A DNA stretch of 64,000 nt from an uncultured Polyangiaceae bacterium (GCA_964628155.1 CAZVPE010000006.1:291-64290); one strand, 5' to 3'. Shown: positions 46,971-57,081, numbered from the stretch's first letter. The notes: a model not told the origin generated them from the sequence alone. Program-made: numbers and translations.

Positions 46971-48074
46971 TCAACGCAGCATTGCTGCGCAGTCGGACGT
47001 GGGCCCTCGCTTGCCCTGAGAGACGCACGCCCGGAAGCTTCGGGCGGCGTTCTTCGCGTCGCCTTTCTGCTGGTAGGCGGCCCCGAGGATGAGCCACGCT
47101 TCCGCGTCCGTCGAGTCGAGCGCGACGGACCTCTCCCCAGCCGCGATGGCGGCCGGCATGTTCCCGCGTTCAAGCGCTGCGCGGGATTTCGCCTTTTCCT
47201 TCCCCGCGGTCACTTTGGGATCGGCGGGCGGCTCGGCCGCCGCGGCAACCTCCCGCGCGGGAATTGCTGCCGCGCGTGACGCCTCTACGGAGTGCGCCGG
47301 CGTTCCGGCGACAGGAGGCGCTGTGGCTGCCCCCGGTGCGCCGAGCTCTTGGGTTGCGGCGGCCACGGGCGCTTGCACCACGGCCGAGGCCACGGGAGGC
47401 GTCGCCTCCGCCACGGCTGGGGCGCTTCCCGCCTTCGCGGGAGCATCAGCTGGAGCGGAATTCGCCGGCAATGCGGGGGACGGAACCGACTCCGTGACCG
47501 CCGCTCCGTTCAGGGCGGCCGCTGTCGCTGCCGCTTGCGCCTCGAACGACGCCCGTTGTGGCCGGGTCGATTCGTGGCCCCCGGCGAACGAACTCTTGAC
47601 GAGCGCGGCGATGCAAAGTGCGGACGCGAGTCCGACCGCAGCGGTCACGTATTTGGCCAGATGCGCGCGCCGTCGCGCGGCCGCCGGTGTCCGCTTCAGC
47701 GCGGCGAGCGGGTCGCGCGCGTCCACCTCGAACGAGGCTTCGTTCGACTCGGCGCCGCCGGAAAAAAACCCCGCGTCCAGGTCGACGGGCGGAACACTCG
47801 CGTCGTCGTCGCGACCTACTCTCGGCGGCTCGTCCGATCGTTCGAAATCCTCGGCTCTGTCGGGTGCCGGCGACAAGTCGAACTCCGGCGCTTCGGGCCG
47901 CAGTGAAAGGATGCGCGGGGGGGACGTCGTTTCGACCATCTCGCCCCCTCCAAGAAGCGACGTCGTCTCGCTGGCTCCGCTCTCGGGCTGCTCGTGGTTG
48001 GCCAATCCATTTTGCGTCGAAGACACGTTCCCAACCGGCAGTTTCGGCCTGTTCAATCGCCCCTTCGTGGTCAT
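46971..48074 (-). CDS. Single-pass membrane protein with a C-terminal TPR-like repeat
   Basis: Acidic N-terminus, TM helix [18 protein letters not shown], Ala/Pro-rich linker and [25 protein letters not shown]. Confidence 0.5.
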   Translation of the reverse strand: MTTKGRLNRPKLPVGNVSSTQNGLANHEQPESGASETTSLLGGGEMVETTSPPRILSLRPEAPEFDLSPAPDRAEDFERSDEPPRVGRDDDASVPPVDLDAGFFSGGAESNEASFEVDARDPLAALKRTPAAARRRAHLAKYVTAAVGLASALCIAALVKSSFAGGHESTRPQRASFEAQAAATAAALNGAAVTESVPSPALPANSAPADAPAKAGSAPAVAEATPPVASAVVQAPVAAATQELGAPGAATAPPVAGTPAHSVEASRAAAIPAREVAAAAEPPADPKVTAGKEKAKSRAALERGNMPAAIAAGERSVALDSTDAEAWLILGAAYQQKGDAKNAARSFRACVSQGKRGPTSDCAAMLR

Positions 48075-48386
48075 CGTTTCACATGTCTCCGTTCCAACAG
48101 GGTGTTTCGCGTGCTGCCGATTCAGAAAATGACCGCACGAGTGGCAGAGTCACACTTCGGTAGAGCAAAGTACGTGCGTGAGGCAGCGAGCAAGGATTGC
48201 GGCGGCGTGGTGCCGCGTCAATGGCGGCGCGAAAGCCACCGATCATCGACGCAAGCGCGGCCGCGACGCCCAACCCCAGCGTAAGAACGATGACACACGG
48301 ACGCCTCGTGTCGACTTGCTGCACCGCGCAGAGACGCTCTTGAGGCACCCTTGACGAGCGTCGCCCCGTCGGGTCGAAAGAAGCGC

Positions 48387-49568
48387 ATGGCAGGCACAGT
48401 GCGCCAAATCGCGTTACGTCAGCGTGCCACGGCCGAACGGCTCCTACGAGGGCATCCCTGGGTGTGGCGCGAGGCCATTGAAGACGGGCTCGCAGGAGCG
48501 GAGGCCGGTGAAGAAGTGCAAGTCGTCGCGGGCGCGACCGCCGTTGGACGCGGCTACGCCGACCCCGCGTCGCCAATCGCAGTGCGCCTGTGGACGCGCG
48601 GACGCGACCCCGTCGATCGCGGCCTCTGGCGCGCGCGGGCTGCCCGGGCGTGCACCTTGCGGGCGATGCTCTTCGCGCACACGCGCACCGACGCGTTCCG
48701 AGTCGTCCACGGCGAGGGGGATCGCATGCCGGGACTGGTGGTGGATCGCTACGGCCCGGTCGCGGTCGTGCGAACGGACGGCGACGCCGCCCGCGCGCAC
48801 GTCGAGAATCTCGCAGAAGCGATCTGGCCGGCGCTCACCTCGTGGGGCGTTTCGACGCTCGTCCACAGGATCGGGTCCAAGGGGGAGGTGCCGACGCTCG
48901 CCGTGCTCCGCGGCGAACCCCCGCCAGGGACCGTTCGCGTCGAAGAACACGGAGTCCCCTTCGTGGTCGACCTCGCGAAGGGACAGAAGACGGGAGCATT
49001 CCTGGATCAGCGGGACAACCGGCGACTCGTCGGCGAGCTCGCCCGCGGCCGGCGGGTGCTCAATCTGTTCTCGTACGCGGGCGGCTTCTCTCTCCACGCG
49101 GCGCTCGGCGGAGCGACGCGCGTCGTCAGCGTCGACGTCGCCGCCGCGGCCCACGCGACCGCGCAGGCGAGCTTTCGGGCGGCGGCCGTCGACCCCGCGG
49201 GACACGCGTTCGTGACGGCCGACGTCGGTGCCTTCCTCGACGGCGCGAGAGCGCGCGGGGAGACGTGGGATCTCATCGTGAGCGACCCGCCGAGCTTCGC
49301 GCCGAGCGACAAAGCGGTCGCTCGAGCACTTTCGGCCTATCGGTCGCTGCATCGTGCCTGCGCCGCGGTGCTGGCGCCCGAAGGCATTCTTTGTGCGTCG
49401 TCGTGCTCCAGCCACGTCGACGCACCTTCGTTTCTGGGGACCCTCGACGACGCAGCACTCGACGGACGTGCGCTGTCGGTGCTGGAGCTGCGAGGTGCGG
49501 GCGCAGATCACCCGACGCTCGCCGGGTTCCCGGAGGGGCGTTATCTGAAATTCGTGGTGCTCGGGTAG
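48387..49568 (+). CDS. RlmI/RlmK-like class I SAM-dependent rRNA methyltransferase (PUA-like N-terminal domain)
   Basis: LLRGHPWVW, GLVVDRY, GQKTGAFLDQRDNR, LNLFSYAGGFS and IVSDPPSF. Confidence 0.8.
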   Translation: MAGTVRQIALRQRATAERLLRGHPWVWREAIEDGLAGAEAGEEVQVVAGATAVGRGYADPASPIAVRLWTRGRDPVDRGLWRARAARACTLRAMLFAHTRTDAFRVVHGEGDRMPGLVVDRYGPVAVVRTDGDAARAHVENLAEAIWPALTSWGVSTLVHRIGSKGEVPTLAVLRGEPPPGTVRVEEHGVPFVVDLAKGQKTGAFLDQRDNRRLVGELARGRRVLNLFSYAGGFSLHAALGGATRVVSVDVAAAAHATAQASFRAAAVDPAGHAFVTADVGAFLDGARARGETWDLIVSDPPSFAPSDKAVARALSAYRSLHRACAAVLAPEGILCASSCSSHVDAPSFLGTLDDAALDGRALSVLELRGAGADHPTLAGFPEGRYLKFVVLG

Positions 49569-49572
49569 CCCG

Positions 49573-50160
49573 TTATCCCCGTTCGAGCTCGTAGAAGACC
49601 TTGTCGCCACCTTTGATGTGATAGAGCCCGCAGCCGACGGCCTCGAAGTGCCGCCCGAGCATGCGCCGGTAGAACGCCGCCGGTCGCGCGTGGACGGTCA
49701 AGTCCGTGCGCGCGCGGTCGCAGACTTCGCGGAGGTCACGGTCCGTGATCGCCTCGAGAAAGAGAAAGCCGCGGCACATGGCGGCGATGTTGGCGATGGC
49801 GCTGCTGCACGCTTCGTCGTCCAGATAGGGAAGGACGCCCTGGCACACGACCAGATCGAATTTCGTTCGCGCGCGCCAGCGGGAAATGTCGCGATGCTCG
49901 TGACCGTACTTGGCACACGCGTATTCGCTGACGTCGATCGAGCGATAGGCGGCACCGGGCATATGGACTCGAAACCAGTCGCCCCAGAGACCGGTGCCCG
50001 CGCCCACGTCGAGGACGCGTTCGACGCTGCCGCCGAACCAGTTGACGAAGCCGGTCACGCCGCGAGCCAGCTCGGCGATTTGCTCGCTCCCGTAGACGCG
50101 TGAGCGTCGCGACTCGTAGTAGCGCCGGAAGTACGACGCGTCGAAAGAGCGGTCGGTCAT
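49573..50160 (-). CDS. Class I SAM-dependent methyltransferase
   Basis: Motif I VLDVGAGTGLW. 195 aa. Confidence 0.7.
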   Translation of the reverse strand: MTDRSFDASYFRRYYESRRSRVYGSEQIAELARGVTGFVNWFGGSVERVLDVGAGTGLWGDWFRVHMPGAAYRSIDVSEYACAKYGHEHRDISRWRARTKFDLVVCQGVLPYLDDEACSSAIANIAAMCRGFLFLEAITDRDLREVCDRARTDLTVHARPAAFYRRMLGRHFEAVGCGLYHIKGGDKVFYELERG

Positions 50161-50282
50161 TCTCGAGTGCGGCGTTGTACCATGGCGACTGCCGTGGGTC
50201 GTCCGCTATGGGGAGACCACCAGGGTCGCGGGGGGCGCCACGGGAGGAAAGAAACGGGGGCCCCCGGCCGGAAAGGTCTCGA

Positions 50283-50840
50283 TCACCTCTTCAGGTATTC
50301 CGTGAAGACGTAGTCGCGCTGCTTCACGGCCGTGTGGCACGTGTATCCGCACTTGGCGTCGTTGTTCTGCGGCGGATGGTCCGCTTCGTTGCCGGGTCTG
50401 AACGTATCGGACGCGGTGTCATACTCGAATGCGGCATATCCCCATCCGCCGCTGTCGGCGAACCGCTTGGCATCCTTCACCATGAAATCGACGTCATGGA
50501 GCGTACTGGGCACCAGCGGCTGACCGGGGGTCGCCGGGTTCCTCTTCGGACTCCAGTGGATCTTTGCCATCTTTGCGCCGTCGGGGAAAGGCTTTCCGTT
50601 ACCGGGAAAGCCTGCCTTGTACGCGTCGATCATCGTGGGGTTCCCGAGGATCACGGCGAGAAGCCCCCCGTTGCTGACGGAAATGACCTGCCAGCCTTCG
50701 TATCCCCGGAACTCGGAGAAGGCGAGCCCGTTCGGCACTTTGAGGCTGTACCTGTCCTCGGCGGAAACGGCGGCCCCGGCCGCCAAGACGGCGAGCGCCA
50801 ATGGAATAGCCACACCGATCTGCTTGCGTTTGCGTTTCAT
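50283..50840 (-). CDS. Cytochrome P460 family protein
   Basis: Signal peptide, GYEGWQVISV, KIHW and C-terminal heme site CGYTCH. GAAAGGAG Shine-Dalgarno site upstream. Confidence 0.7.
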   Translation of the reverse strand: MKRKRKQIGVAIPLALAVLAAGAAVSAEDRYSLKVPNGLAFSEFRGYEGWQVISVSNGGLLAVILGNPTMIDAYKAGFPGNGKPFPDGAKMAKIHWSPKRNPATPGQPLVPSTLHDVDFMVKDAKRFADSGGWGYAAFEYDTASDTFRPGNEADHPPQNNDAKCGYTCHTAVKQRDYVFTEYLKR

Positions 50841-51137
50841 CGGCCTGCTCCTTTCTCAAGCCAATGAACCGAGCCCACCCATATCGTCGTCCTGTTCATT
50901 GACCTTTTGCGTTGCGTTGTTCACGACCAGTCAAGCGTCTTCCCTATTCAAAGAAAAGGCGCGTGGCCAGCGCTAAATCGCCATTGTGCAGGGGCAACCG
51001 TCGTCCCGGCGACCTGGACCGAGTGTTCGCAGCGAGCTACCGCTCGAAGTATGGAATGGGTATGTACCTGGCCGTCCGTTGCCGAGGTCGCGGCCGCTTG
51101 GCAGGCCGCCCGCGTGCGGTGAGAAAGTAACGCCGCC

Positions 51138-51968
51138 ATGCCGGAGCTACCCGACGTCGAGATGGCCCGGCGGGACCTGAAGCGCTGGCTGGTCGGCACG
51201 GTGGTGACCGCGGCTTTCACAGAGGATGCCCGCCTGTCCCGCCCCGCATCACCTCGGGCGTTCGCTCCCGCGCTCGTCGGCCGGACCTTCGAGCGCGTCG
51301 AGCGACGAGGGAAGTGGCTGCGCCTTGACCTCGACGACGGCGGCAAGGTCTTCTCGCATCTGGGGATGACCGGCGGCTGGGTGCGTGTCGCCCTCGGCGC
51401 GCCCGTCGTGCGCTTCGAGCGCGCCCGGATTGACGTCGTCCGCCGCCAAGCGCGCGCCGGACGCAAGGCCGAGCGCGATCGCGCCCTGAGCGTGCGGTAC
51501 GTGGATGCACGTCGCTTCGGCCGGCTACTCGCCGCCCGCGAAGACATCGCGGACTGGACCGCGCTCGGCCCGGACCCCTTTGCGGACGGCATCGACATGG
51601 GCCGCTTCTCCCAGGCGCTCGCGAAGGGGCGACGCGCGGTGAAGGAGATCGTCATGGACCAGCGCGTATTTGCCGGCGTCGGCAACATCTTGGCGACCGA
51701 GGGTTTGTGGCTCGCGCGCGTCGATCCGCGGTCTCCTGGCAACGCGCTGCGCCTTCCCGCCGACGCGCGCGCGATCGCCCGAGGCCTCCAGCGCGCGATC
51801 GCGCGCGAACTCGCGGGCCTCGAACGGTGCAGGGACGGCGGCGCCTCGTCGTTCTTCGTCTACGGCCGCGCGGGGCAGGCCTGCCCTCGGTGCGCAGCGC
51901 GCTTGTCCAGCGTCGTCCTGGGCGGACGCACCACCGTGTTCTGCCGGAAGTGTCAGGTGCGGTCATGA
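51138..51968 (+). CDS. mutM: Formamidopyrimidine-DNA glycosylase (Fpg/Nei family)
   Basis: MPELPDVE N-terminus, H2TH region and C-terminal zinc finger CPRC...CRKC. Confidence 0.9.
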   Translation: MPELPDVEMARRDLKRWLVGTVVTAAFTEDARLSRPASPRAFAPALVGRTFERVERRGKWLRLDLDDGGKVFSHLGMTGGWVRVALGAPVVRFERARIDVVRRQARAGRKAERDRALSVRYVDARRFGRLLAAREDIADWTALGPDPFADGIDMGRFSQALAKGRRAVKEIVMDQRVFAGVGNILATEGLWLARVDPRSPGNALRLPADARAIARGLQRAIARELAGLERCRDGGASSFFVYGRAGQACPRCAARLSSVVLGGRTTVFCRKCQVRS

Positions 51969-52114
51969 CCCTGTTCCGATGGCCGCTCGTGAGAATTTTT
52001 GGCCCAAGAGCCGAGCGATTGCCGGCGCTTGCACGCGACGGTTCCTGATTCCACGTGCAGGACGATAGTTCAACGATTACAAGCACGAGGAGGCGCCCCT
52101 CCGAAGCACCGTTC

Positions 52115-52190
52115 GCCCCCGTAGCTCAGTGGATAGAGCAAGGCTTTCCTAAAGCCGAGGTCGCAAGTTCGACTCTTGCCGGGGGCGCCA
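52115..52190 (+). tRNA. tRNA-Arg (anticodon CCT), CCA encoded
   Basis: Hand-folded cloverleaf. Acceptor gcccccg/cgggggc, D stem gctc/gagc, anticodon loop ttCCTaa, 5-nt variable loop, T arm gcaag-ttcgact-cttgc, discriminator g plus cca. Confidence 0.9.
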
Positions 52191-52292
52191 ATCGTTGGCT
52201 GCTCGCATTCGACGCCTGAAGACGACGACTGGGTGAAGTGCGGAGGCCAGCGGCGACGTCCCTCGAGAAACCAATACGACTAAGGTTGATCG

Positions 52293-53132
52293 TTGACGAG
52301 ACCTCAAACTTTCAGATGGGGCAGGTTTGCGCGTCGGTTGGGCGTGGCGCTGGGAGTTGCATACGTGTGCTCAGCACTTCTGCTGGTTGCGGGCGAAGAG
52401 GTCATGGCCCGTTGGCACGACCGAGATGCCGTGATGAACGGTTCAGGGGCTGATGTTTGGCTGCGCACAGACGACGGTGTGCGCTACTACGCTCGAGATC
52501 CGGCTTTGCCAACATTGCTTTATTTTCACGGCGGAGCGGGAAACCTCGCGAGCCGCAGCGATCGGCTCGAACTTTTCGCAACCCTGGGCGCCAACTTGTT
52601 CGCGATTGACTATCGCGGCTACGGTCCAAGCGAGGGGACAGCTTCGGAGCATGGTCTTGAGCTCGACGCCGCCGCTGCCTACGCCTGGCTGCGCGAGCAT
52701 ACGGAGGCCGCTAAAATCGTACCATTCGGAGAGTCGGTCGGCGGCGGACCCGCGACATGGTTGGCGATCTCGCGTCCGGTGGGCGGGCTTATCCTGCTCT
52801 CCGCCTCCACCAGCACCCCGGAACTCTTTGGTCGCTACATGCCATGGTTGCCGACGCAACTGCTGGTACGCATGCACTTCGACAATCTGCACAGGATCAA
52901 TCAAGTGACCGTTCCAAAGTTGTTCATCCACTCACGTTCGGACGGGGTCGTACCCTTCGACATGGCGGAAGCGTTGTGGTCGGCCTCGTCAGAGCCGAAG
53001 CGACATCTCTGGCTCGACGGTGTCGGCCACAACGAGACGTTCTACAAGTCGCGAAAGGAAGCCAGTCTGGCGATACGCGAATTTTTGTCTTCGCTCGGCA
53101 ATCGCAATGCGGATCTCGAGAACCGCCGGTGA
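52293..53132 (+). CDS. Alpha/beta hydrolase (serine aminopeptidase S33-like)
   Basis: N-terminal TM anchor, HGGAGN, nucleophile elbow GESVGG and a late Asp and His (SRSDGVVP, GVGHNE). GC content is visibly lower than the flanks. Confidence 0.8.
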   Translation: MTRPQTFRWGRFARRLGVALGVAYVCSALLLVAGEEVMARWHDRDAVMNGSGADVWLRTDDGVRYYARDPALPTLLYFHGGAGNLASRSDRLELFATLGANLFAIDYRGYGPSEGTASEHGLELDAAAAYAWLREHTEAAKIVPFGESVGGGPATWLAISRPVGGLILLSASTSTPELFGRYMPWLPTQLLVRMHFDNLHRINQVTVPKLFIHSRSDGVVPFDMAEALWSASSEPKRHLWLDGVGHNETFYKSRKEASLAIREFLSSLGNRNADLENRR

Positions 53133-53166
53133 GCGAAGGCGTTTGTCGAAGGCGGCGGCAACTTGG

Positions 53167-54408
53167 TCACCGTGGCGCCGAAACAGGAGCCGCGGGTACC
53201 GCCGGCGCGGCCCGCTCGGGCACGAGGCGGTGGATTCGGCTCATCATGACGACCGTCACGAGCGAAGTTCCGACGATGATGTACCCGATTTTATCGAAGT
53301 GAAGAAGAACGCCGCCGGGTCCCTCGACGACCACGAGTCCGGCGATCGCCGAGGCGAACCCCCCCGAGATCTGCTGCACCGAAGAGCTGACCGACATGAA
53401 CGAGCCCCGCGTGTCCGGCGAGGGGATCGCCGAGAGCAGGGCTTGCGATGGGACCATCCGGGAAAAGATGCCGACGAACAGCACCGCGTTGATTGCGATC
53501 AGCAGCGGCAGCGGGGTCCTGCCGAGGTGCGTGTAGATGAGGACCATGAGGATGGTCACGGACGTTCCGAACACGAACGTTCGGAACTTGCCGAATCGAT
53601 CGGCCGCGCGGCCCACGAGCAGCCCGGTGAAGATCGTAAAGCCCCCGGTGACCAGATAGAGGAGGGGCAGCTTCTCGATGCCGATGCCCAGATTGTGAAC
53701 CGTGTAAGCGCTACCGAACGGCATCAGCATGAAGCCGCCCGTGCTGAGAAGCGCCGTGGTCGCAAACGCCTGGAGGTAGCGCCCCTTGGTGACCGTGGCC
53801 CTCAAGTGGCCCATCGGTCCGATTCGGCTGCCTTTCAGGTGCAAGTGAGCGTCGATCGGTCGGAGCCAGATCACGATGACGACGCCGACCACCGAGCTGA
53901 CGGCGACGATCATGATGAAAGGCGCGTGCCAGCCCCATAGATTCGAGAAGAAGAGGCCGGCCGGAATGCCGAGCACCTGGCTCGCGGCGAAGGCCGTCTG
54001 GACGAACCCCATCACCCGACCGCGCATCTCGAACGGGAACAAGTCGGTGGTGATGGCGAAGACGATCGAGCCGATGACGCCGCCGAAGACCCCGGTGACC
54101 ATGCGCGCGGCGAGAAGCACTTGGTAGCTCGTGGCCATACCGCAAAGCAGCGTTCCCAGTACGAAGCCGCAGTAGAAGAAGAGCAAGAACTTCTTGCGGT
54201 CGAAGCGATCGGCGAAGCCAGCGGCGAGAAACCCCGAGATGCCCGCGCTGAACGCGTAGACCGAGACGACGAGCCCGAACTCGGAGGGGGTGATGCCGAG
54301 CGCCGGCATGAGGACGGCGCCCAGTGGCGACAGCGTCATGAAATCGAGGATGACGGTGAACTGCAAGAAGGCCAGGAGAGCGACGACGAACTTCTGGTAG
54401 CGGCTCAC
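53167..54408 (-). CDS. MFS transporter
   Basis: About 12 TM helices and MFS motif GFLAAGFADRFDRKK. The GTG start at 54408 forms a GTGA overlap with the upstream stop. The longest ORF start (54474) would overlap the upstream gene by 70 nt. Confidence 0.85.
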   Translation of the reverse strand: MSRYQKFVVALLAFLQFTVILDFMTLSPLGAVLMPALGITPSEFGLVVSVYAFSAGISGFLAAGFADRFDRKKFLLFFYCGFVLGTLLCGMATSYQVLLAARMVTGVFGGVIGSIVFAITTDLFPFEMRGRVMGFVQTAFAASQVLGIPAGLFFSNLWGWHAPFIMIVAVSSVVGVVIVIWLRPIDAHLHLKGSRIGPMGHLRATVTKGRYLQAFATTALLSTGGFMLMPFGSAYTVHNLGIGIEKLPLLYLVTGGFTIFTGLLVGRAADRFGKFRTFVFGTSVTILMVLIYTHLGRTPLPLLIAINAVLFVGIFSRMVPSQALLSAIPSPDTRGSFMSVSSSVQQISGGFASAIAGLVVVEGPGGVLLHFDKIGYIIVGTSLVTVVMMSRIHRLVPERAAPAVPAAPVSAPR

Positions 54409-54845
54409 GGGGCGCCCGTTTCGGTTTGCGGACCCAAGAGGTCGATATGAAGGTAAGCGCCGCATTGCGGGCAATACCCGGTTTTATCCGTCGCTTCGAT
54501 CCTTGTCTTGCATCGAGGGCACTTGGCCCATCTCGCCCCTTCCCGTTCGTCGCCGTCGGCCGTGGACATGAGCGCGACTTCGAGCGGAGTGCGACGTTCG
54601 TCGTCGACCGCCAGCGGAGCGTTCGGGTCGCCACCACGCTCGCGGATCCATTTCGTCAGATCCCCGAGCGTGGGCTTGGTGGAAGCGATGCGCAGGTCCG
54701 GACGTCGCTTCAACGCTCCCATTCGGATCAACGCTTCGACCGCCGATGAGACGAGCTCGATGCGTTCTTTCGAGACGGCCGCGATTTCGCCCACGTGAAC
54801 GAAGCGCCCATGAACGATGCGGAGAACGTCGGCGTAGCTGGCCAT
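54405..54845 (-). CDS. Hypothetical protein with a C-terminal zinc ribbon
   Basis: 146 aa from MASYADVLRIV. CPRCKTRIEATDKTGYCPQCG. The N-terminal half is helical. Confidence 0.5.
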   Translation of the reverse strand: MASYADVLRIVHGRFVHVGEIAAVSKERIELVSSAVEALIRMGALKRRPDLRIASTKPTLGDLTKWIRERGGDPNAPLAVDDERRTPLEVALMSTADGDEREGARWAKCPRCKTRIEATDKTGYCPQCGAYLHIDLLGPQTETGAP

Positions 54846-54990
54846 AGGGGCGCTGAAGATAGTGCCGCGGAGCGGAGCGCGCCCGTCCGTCGCATCGCCG
54901 GCCGTGTCCAGCGACGGCCGCGGGCGACCATCAGGGCCCAAACCGATGGCGCGGACCCTTCGCACTTGAGCACCGACCAGCCCAGGCGCC

Positions 54991-55506
54991 TCATTGAAGC
55001 GCGGCGATGAGCTCCTCGAGCTGGTCCAGCGTCGCGCGCATGCCGCCCTCCATGCCCGACTCGATGGCGCCGTCGAGCACCTGCTTGGACGGATAGAGCT
55101 CGTGGGAGACGACCTGCGTCTTGCCCTCTTGCTCGTCGAACGCCACCGTGATGAGCCCTTCCCCGGCGGCACGCATCGGCTCGAATATCTGCGTGAACGC
55201 GAGGCGCGTGTGCGGCGCGACCTCCGTGTACGTGCCCGAAAAGGCCATCGAACGAGCCTCGTCGTGCCCGAAGACGAAGCGGTAGCTCCCGCCGACGCGG
55301 AGGTCGACGTCGCACGAGAACAGGGTGACGCCGAGGGACTTGGGCGCCCACCAGCGCTTGAGCAGCTCGGGCTTCGTCCACGCGTCGAAGACAATCCGTG
55401 CCGGCCCGTTGAAAGTGCGTGTGATGACGAGCTCGCGATCGGAGCGGCGCTCGACGACGGTGCGGTTCACGGGGGCGGTCTCATTTTCTCTTCTTGCTGC
55501 GTTCAT
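54991..55506 (-). CDS. SRPBCC/AHSA1-family protein
   Basis: ELVITRTFNGPARIVFDAWTKPELLKRWW...GGSYRF...GTYTEVAPHTRLAFT is the typical Aha1-like pattern. It is paired with an ArsR gene. Confidence 0.8.
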   Translation of the reverse strand: MNAARRENETAPVNRTVVERRSDRELVITRTFNGPARIVFDAWTKPELLKRWWAPKSLGVTLFSCDVDLRVGGSYRFVFGHDEARSMAFSGTYTEVAPHTRLAFTQIFEPMRAAGEGLITVAFDEQEGKTQVVSHELYPSKQVLDGAIESGMEGGMRATLDQLEELIAALQ

Positions 55507-55825
55507 TGTGTTTCTCCGTTTCTTTGAGCTCTAGGACGAGCTCGTCCAGTGCCTCGAATCGCGCGTCCCACACTCTTCGGTAGCGTTCCAGCCAGTCGTG
55601 AAGTTGGCGAAGGGGCTTCGCCCGAAGCTCGTAGAGCCGCTGCTGGGCGTGCGGCTGCGCATCCACGAGCCCGGCTTCTTTCAATACTCGCAGATGCTTC
55701 GAGACCTGCGGCTGGTTGAGCCGAAGTCGCTCACCGATTTCGTTCACGGCCCGAGGGCCGGAGCGCAGCAGCTCCACGATGCGAAAGCGGTTGGGTTCGG
55801 AGAGGGCCGCGAAGGTCTCGATCAC
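55481..55825 (-). CDS. ArsR/SmtB-family transcriptional regulator
   Basis: FAALSEPNRFRIVELLRSGPRAVNEIGERLRLNQPQVSKHLRVLKEAGLV. Confidence 0.85.
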   Translation of the reverse strand: MIETFAALSEPNRFRIVELLRSGPRAVNEIGERLRLNQPQVSKHLRVLKEAGLVDAQPHAQQRLYELRAKPLRQLHDWLERYRRVWDARFEALDELVLELKETEKHNERSKKRK

Positions 55826-55963
55826 GGCCTATATATGCCTTCGCAGGCATATGCTTGTCAAGACATGTATCCGGCGGCAGGGCGCTTCAGCGTTCTTGCA
55901 GGGCGCTGTACCAGATTGCGTCGGCGGCAACGCCTATCACCTTCGTGCGCGGCGAAGCGCACG

Positions 55964-56302
55964 TCATCGGCGGAACCCATACGCGCGTTCGACCCTGCAC
56001 ACGCGGAGTTCGTACGCTCCGTACCAGCGCTCGCGTCCAAGACGCTGAGCGGCCGCGTGCTCCGCCACGGCCTTCCACGCTCGGATGGCCTCCATGGTCG
56101 CCCAATACGAGACTGTGATGCCGACCCCGTCAGGCCCGCGTGCGCTTTCGATGCCGAGATACCCGGGCTGCTTCGACGCAAGCGCCTCCATCGCATCGGC
56201 CATCGCCGCATAGCCAGCGGGATCCTCGGTCGTGCGCTCCGAGGTGAAGACGACCGCGTAATAGGGGGGCTCGGGCGTCGCGGCCAATTTCGAACGCTCC
56301 AT
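55964..56302 (-). CDS. Antibiotic biosynthesis monooxygenase (ABM) family protein
   Basis: From MERSKL. YYAVVFTSERT...QPGYLGIESAR...ITVSYWATMEAIRAWK...WYGAYELRVCRVERAY. Confidence 0.75.
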   Translation of the reverse strand: MERSKLAATPEPPYYAVVFTSERTTEDPAGYAAMADAMEALASKQPGYLGIESARGPDGVGITVSYWATMEAIRAWKAVAEHAAAQRLGRERWYGAYELRVCRVERAYGFRR

Positions 56303-56472
56303 GACCGGCCGAACTCTACGTGTGGAACGCGCACTCCGCACCCGGTTCAATCCTTGGACGATCGGGAATTCCGCACGAAGAGAAGGCGCGGCTGCGACGG
56401 CCGTCGTGGACGTGGACGACGGCTGTTGTCCACGTTCGGGCTCGCCTTCGATGGCGCGCGGACGTCACCCCC

Positions 56473-57081
56473 TCACTGCACGACGTACGACAGGGGATCG
56501 CACCAATCCCCCACCCCACTTCGCGTGACCGGTCGCATCCGAAACGAGTACGTCCTCGCCGGCGTCAGCCCCGTCACCGTCGTCTTGGCCTGCAGCGTCC
56601 TCGGCTGGTCGACCCAGGCCTCGCCCGCGTTTTGGCGCAGCTGCCACTCGTAGCTCGCGACCTTCGCCACCGCCTTGGCGACGAGACGGACCGAGCCTGA
56701 CAGGTTTCCCGGAAGGACCGCGAGCGCCGGCTTCGGTTTCGTGCTTCGCGCCGCGACGCCCATCCGGGCCTCCTCGATGATCGACTGCGCAAACTCGGGG
56801 TTTTCGTCGGCGACACCTTGCACGTATGCCTTCAGCCGCGTGAGCAGCTTGACCAGCGCGGAAACGGCTTCGTCGCGCGCTTCCTTCAGCCCGCGCGTGC
56901 GTGCGAGCGCCGCCGTCTCGGTGTCCGAGAGCTTGTCGATCGCCGCTTGGACGGTGGCCAAGGGCGGTACCGGCGCGGAAAACCAGCGGTTGCCGGTCAT
57001 GCCCTCGACGATGGCCTGGGCGCGCAGAATCAGCTCGGGGATTTTGGTGGGCCGCTTCAGGGCGACCGGGACCCGTTTCAT
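56473..57081 (-). CDS. Hypothetical protein with a C-terminal fibronectin type III-like domain
   Basis: From MKRVPVAL. Helical N-terminal half, then YEWQLRQNAGEAWVDQP...VTGLTPARTYSFRMRPVTRSGVGDW. Confidence 0.55.
   Translation of the reverse strand: MKRVPVALKRPTKIPELILRAQAIVEGMTGNRWFSAPVPPLATVQAAIDKLSDTETAALARTRGLKEARDEAVSALVKLLTRLKAYVQGVADENPEFAQSIIEEARMGVAARSTKPKPALAVLPGNLSGSVRLVAKAVAKVASYEWQLRQNAGEAWVDQPRTLQAKTTVTGLTPARTYSFRMRPVTRSGVGDWCDPLSYVVQ

Noticed and set aside
48079-48324. Possible ~80-aa small membrane ORF (GTG start; VIVLTLGLGVAAALASMIGGF helix) ending 5 nt before the start of the TPR-protein gene
   Set aside because: Codon bias decays in its second half and there is no Shine-Dalgarno site or recognisable family. 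It lies in the divergent promoter region of the rlmI-like and TPR genes. It is worth a Ribo-seq look but is not supportable as a feature.
50255-50266. Palindrome cgggggcccccg followed, on the minus strand, by tttctttcc, as an intrinsic terminator after the P460 gene
   Set aside because: It could form only a 4-bp stem with a 4-nt loop, and the T tract is interrupted. This is too weak to call.
52191-52292. Integrase, attachment site or mobile element immediately downstream of tRNA-Arg
   Set aside because: No integrase- or transposase-like ORF appears anywhere in 52191-64000. I could not find a direct repeat of the tRNA 3' end by eye, so mobility is not supported from this window alone.
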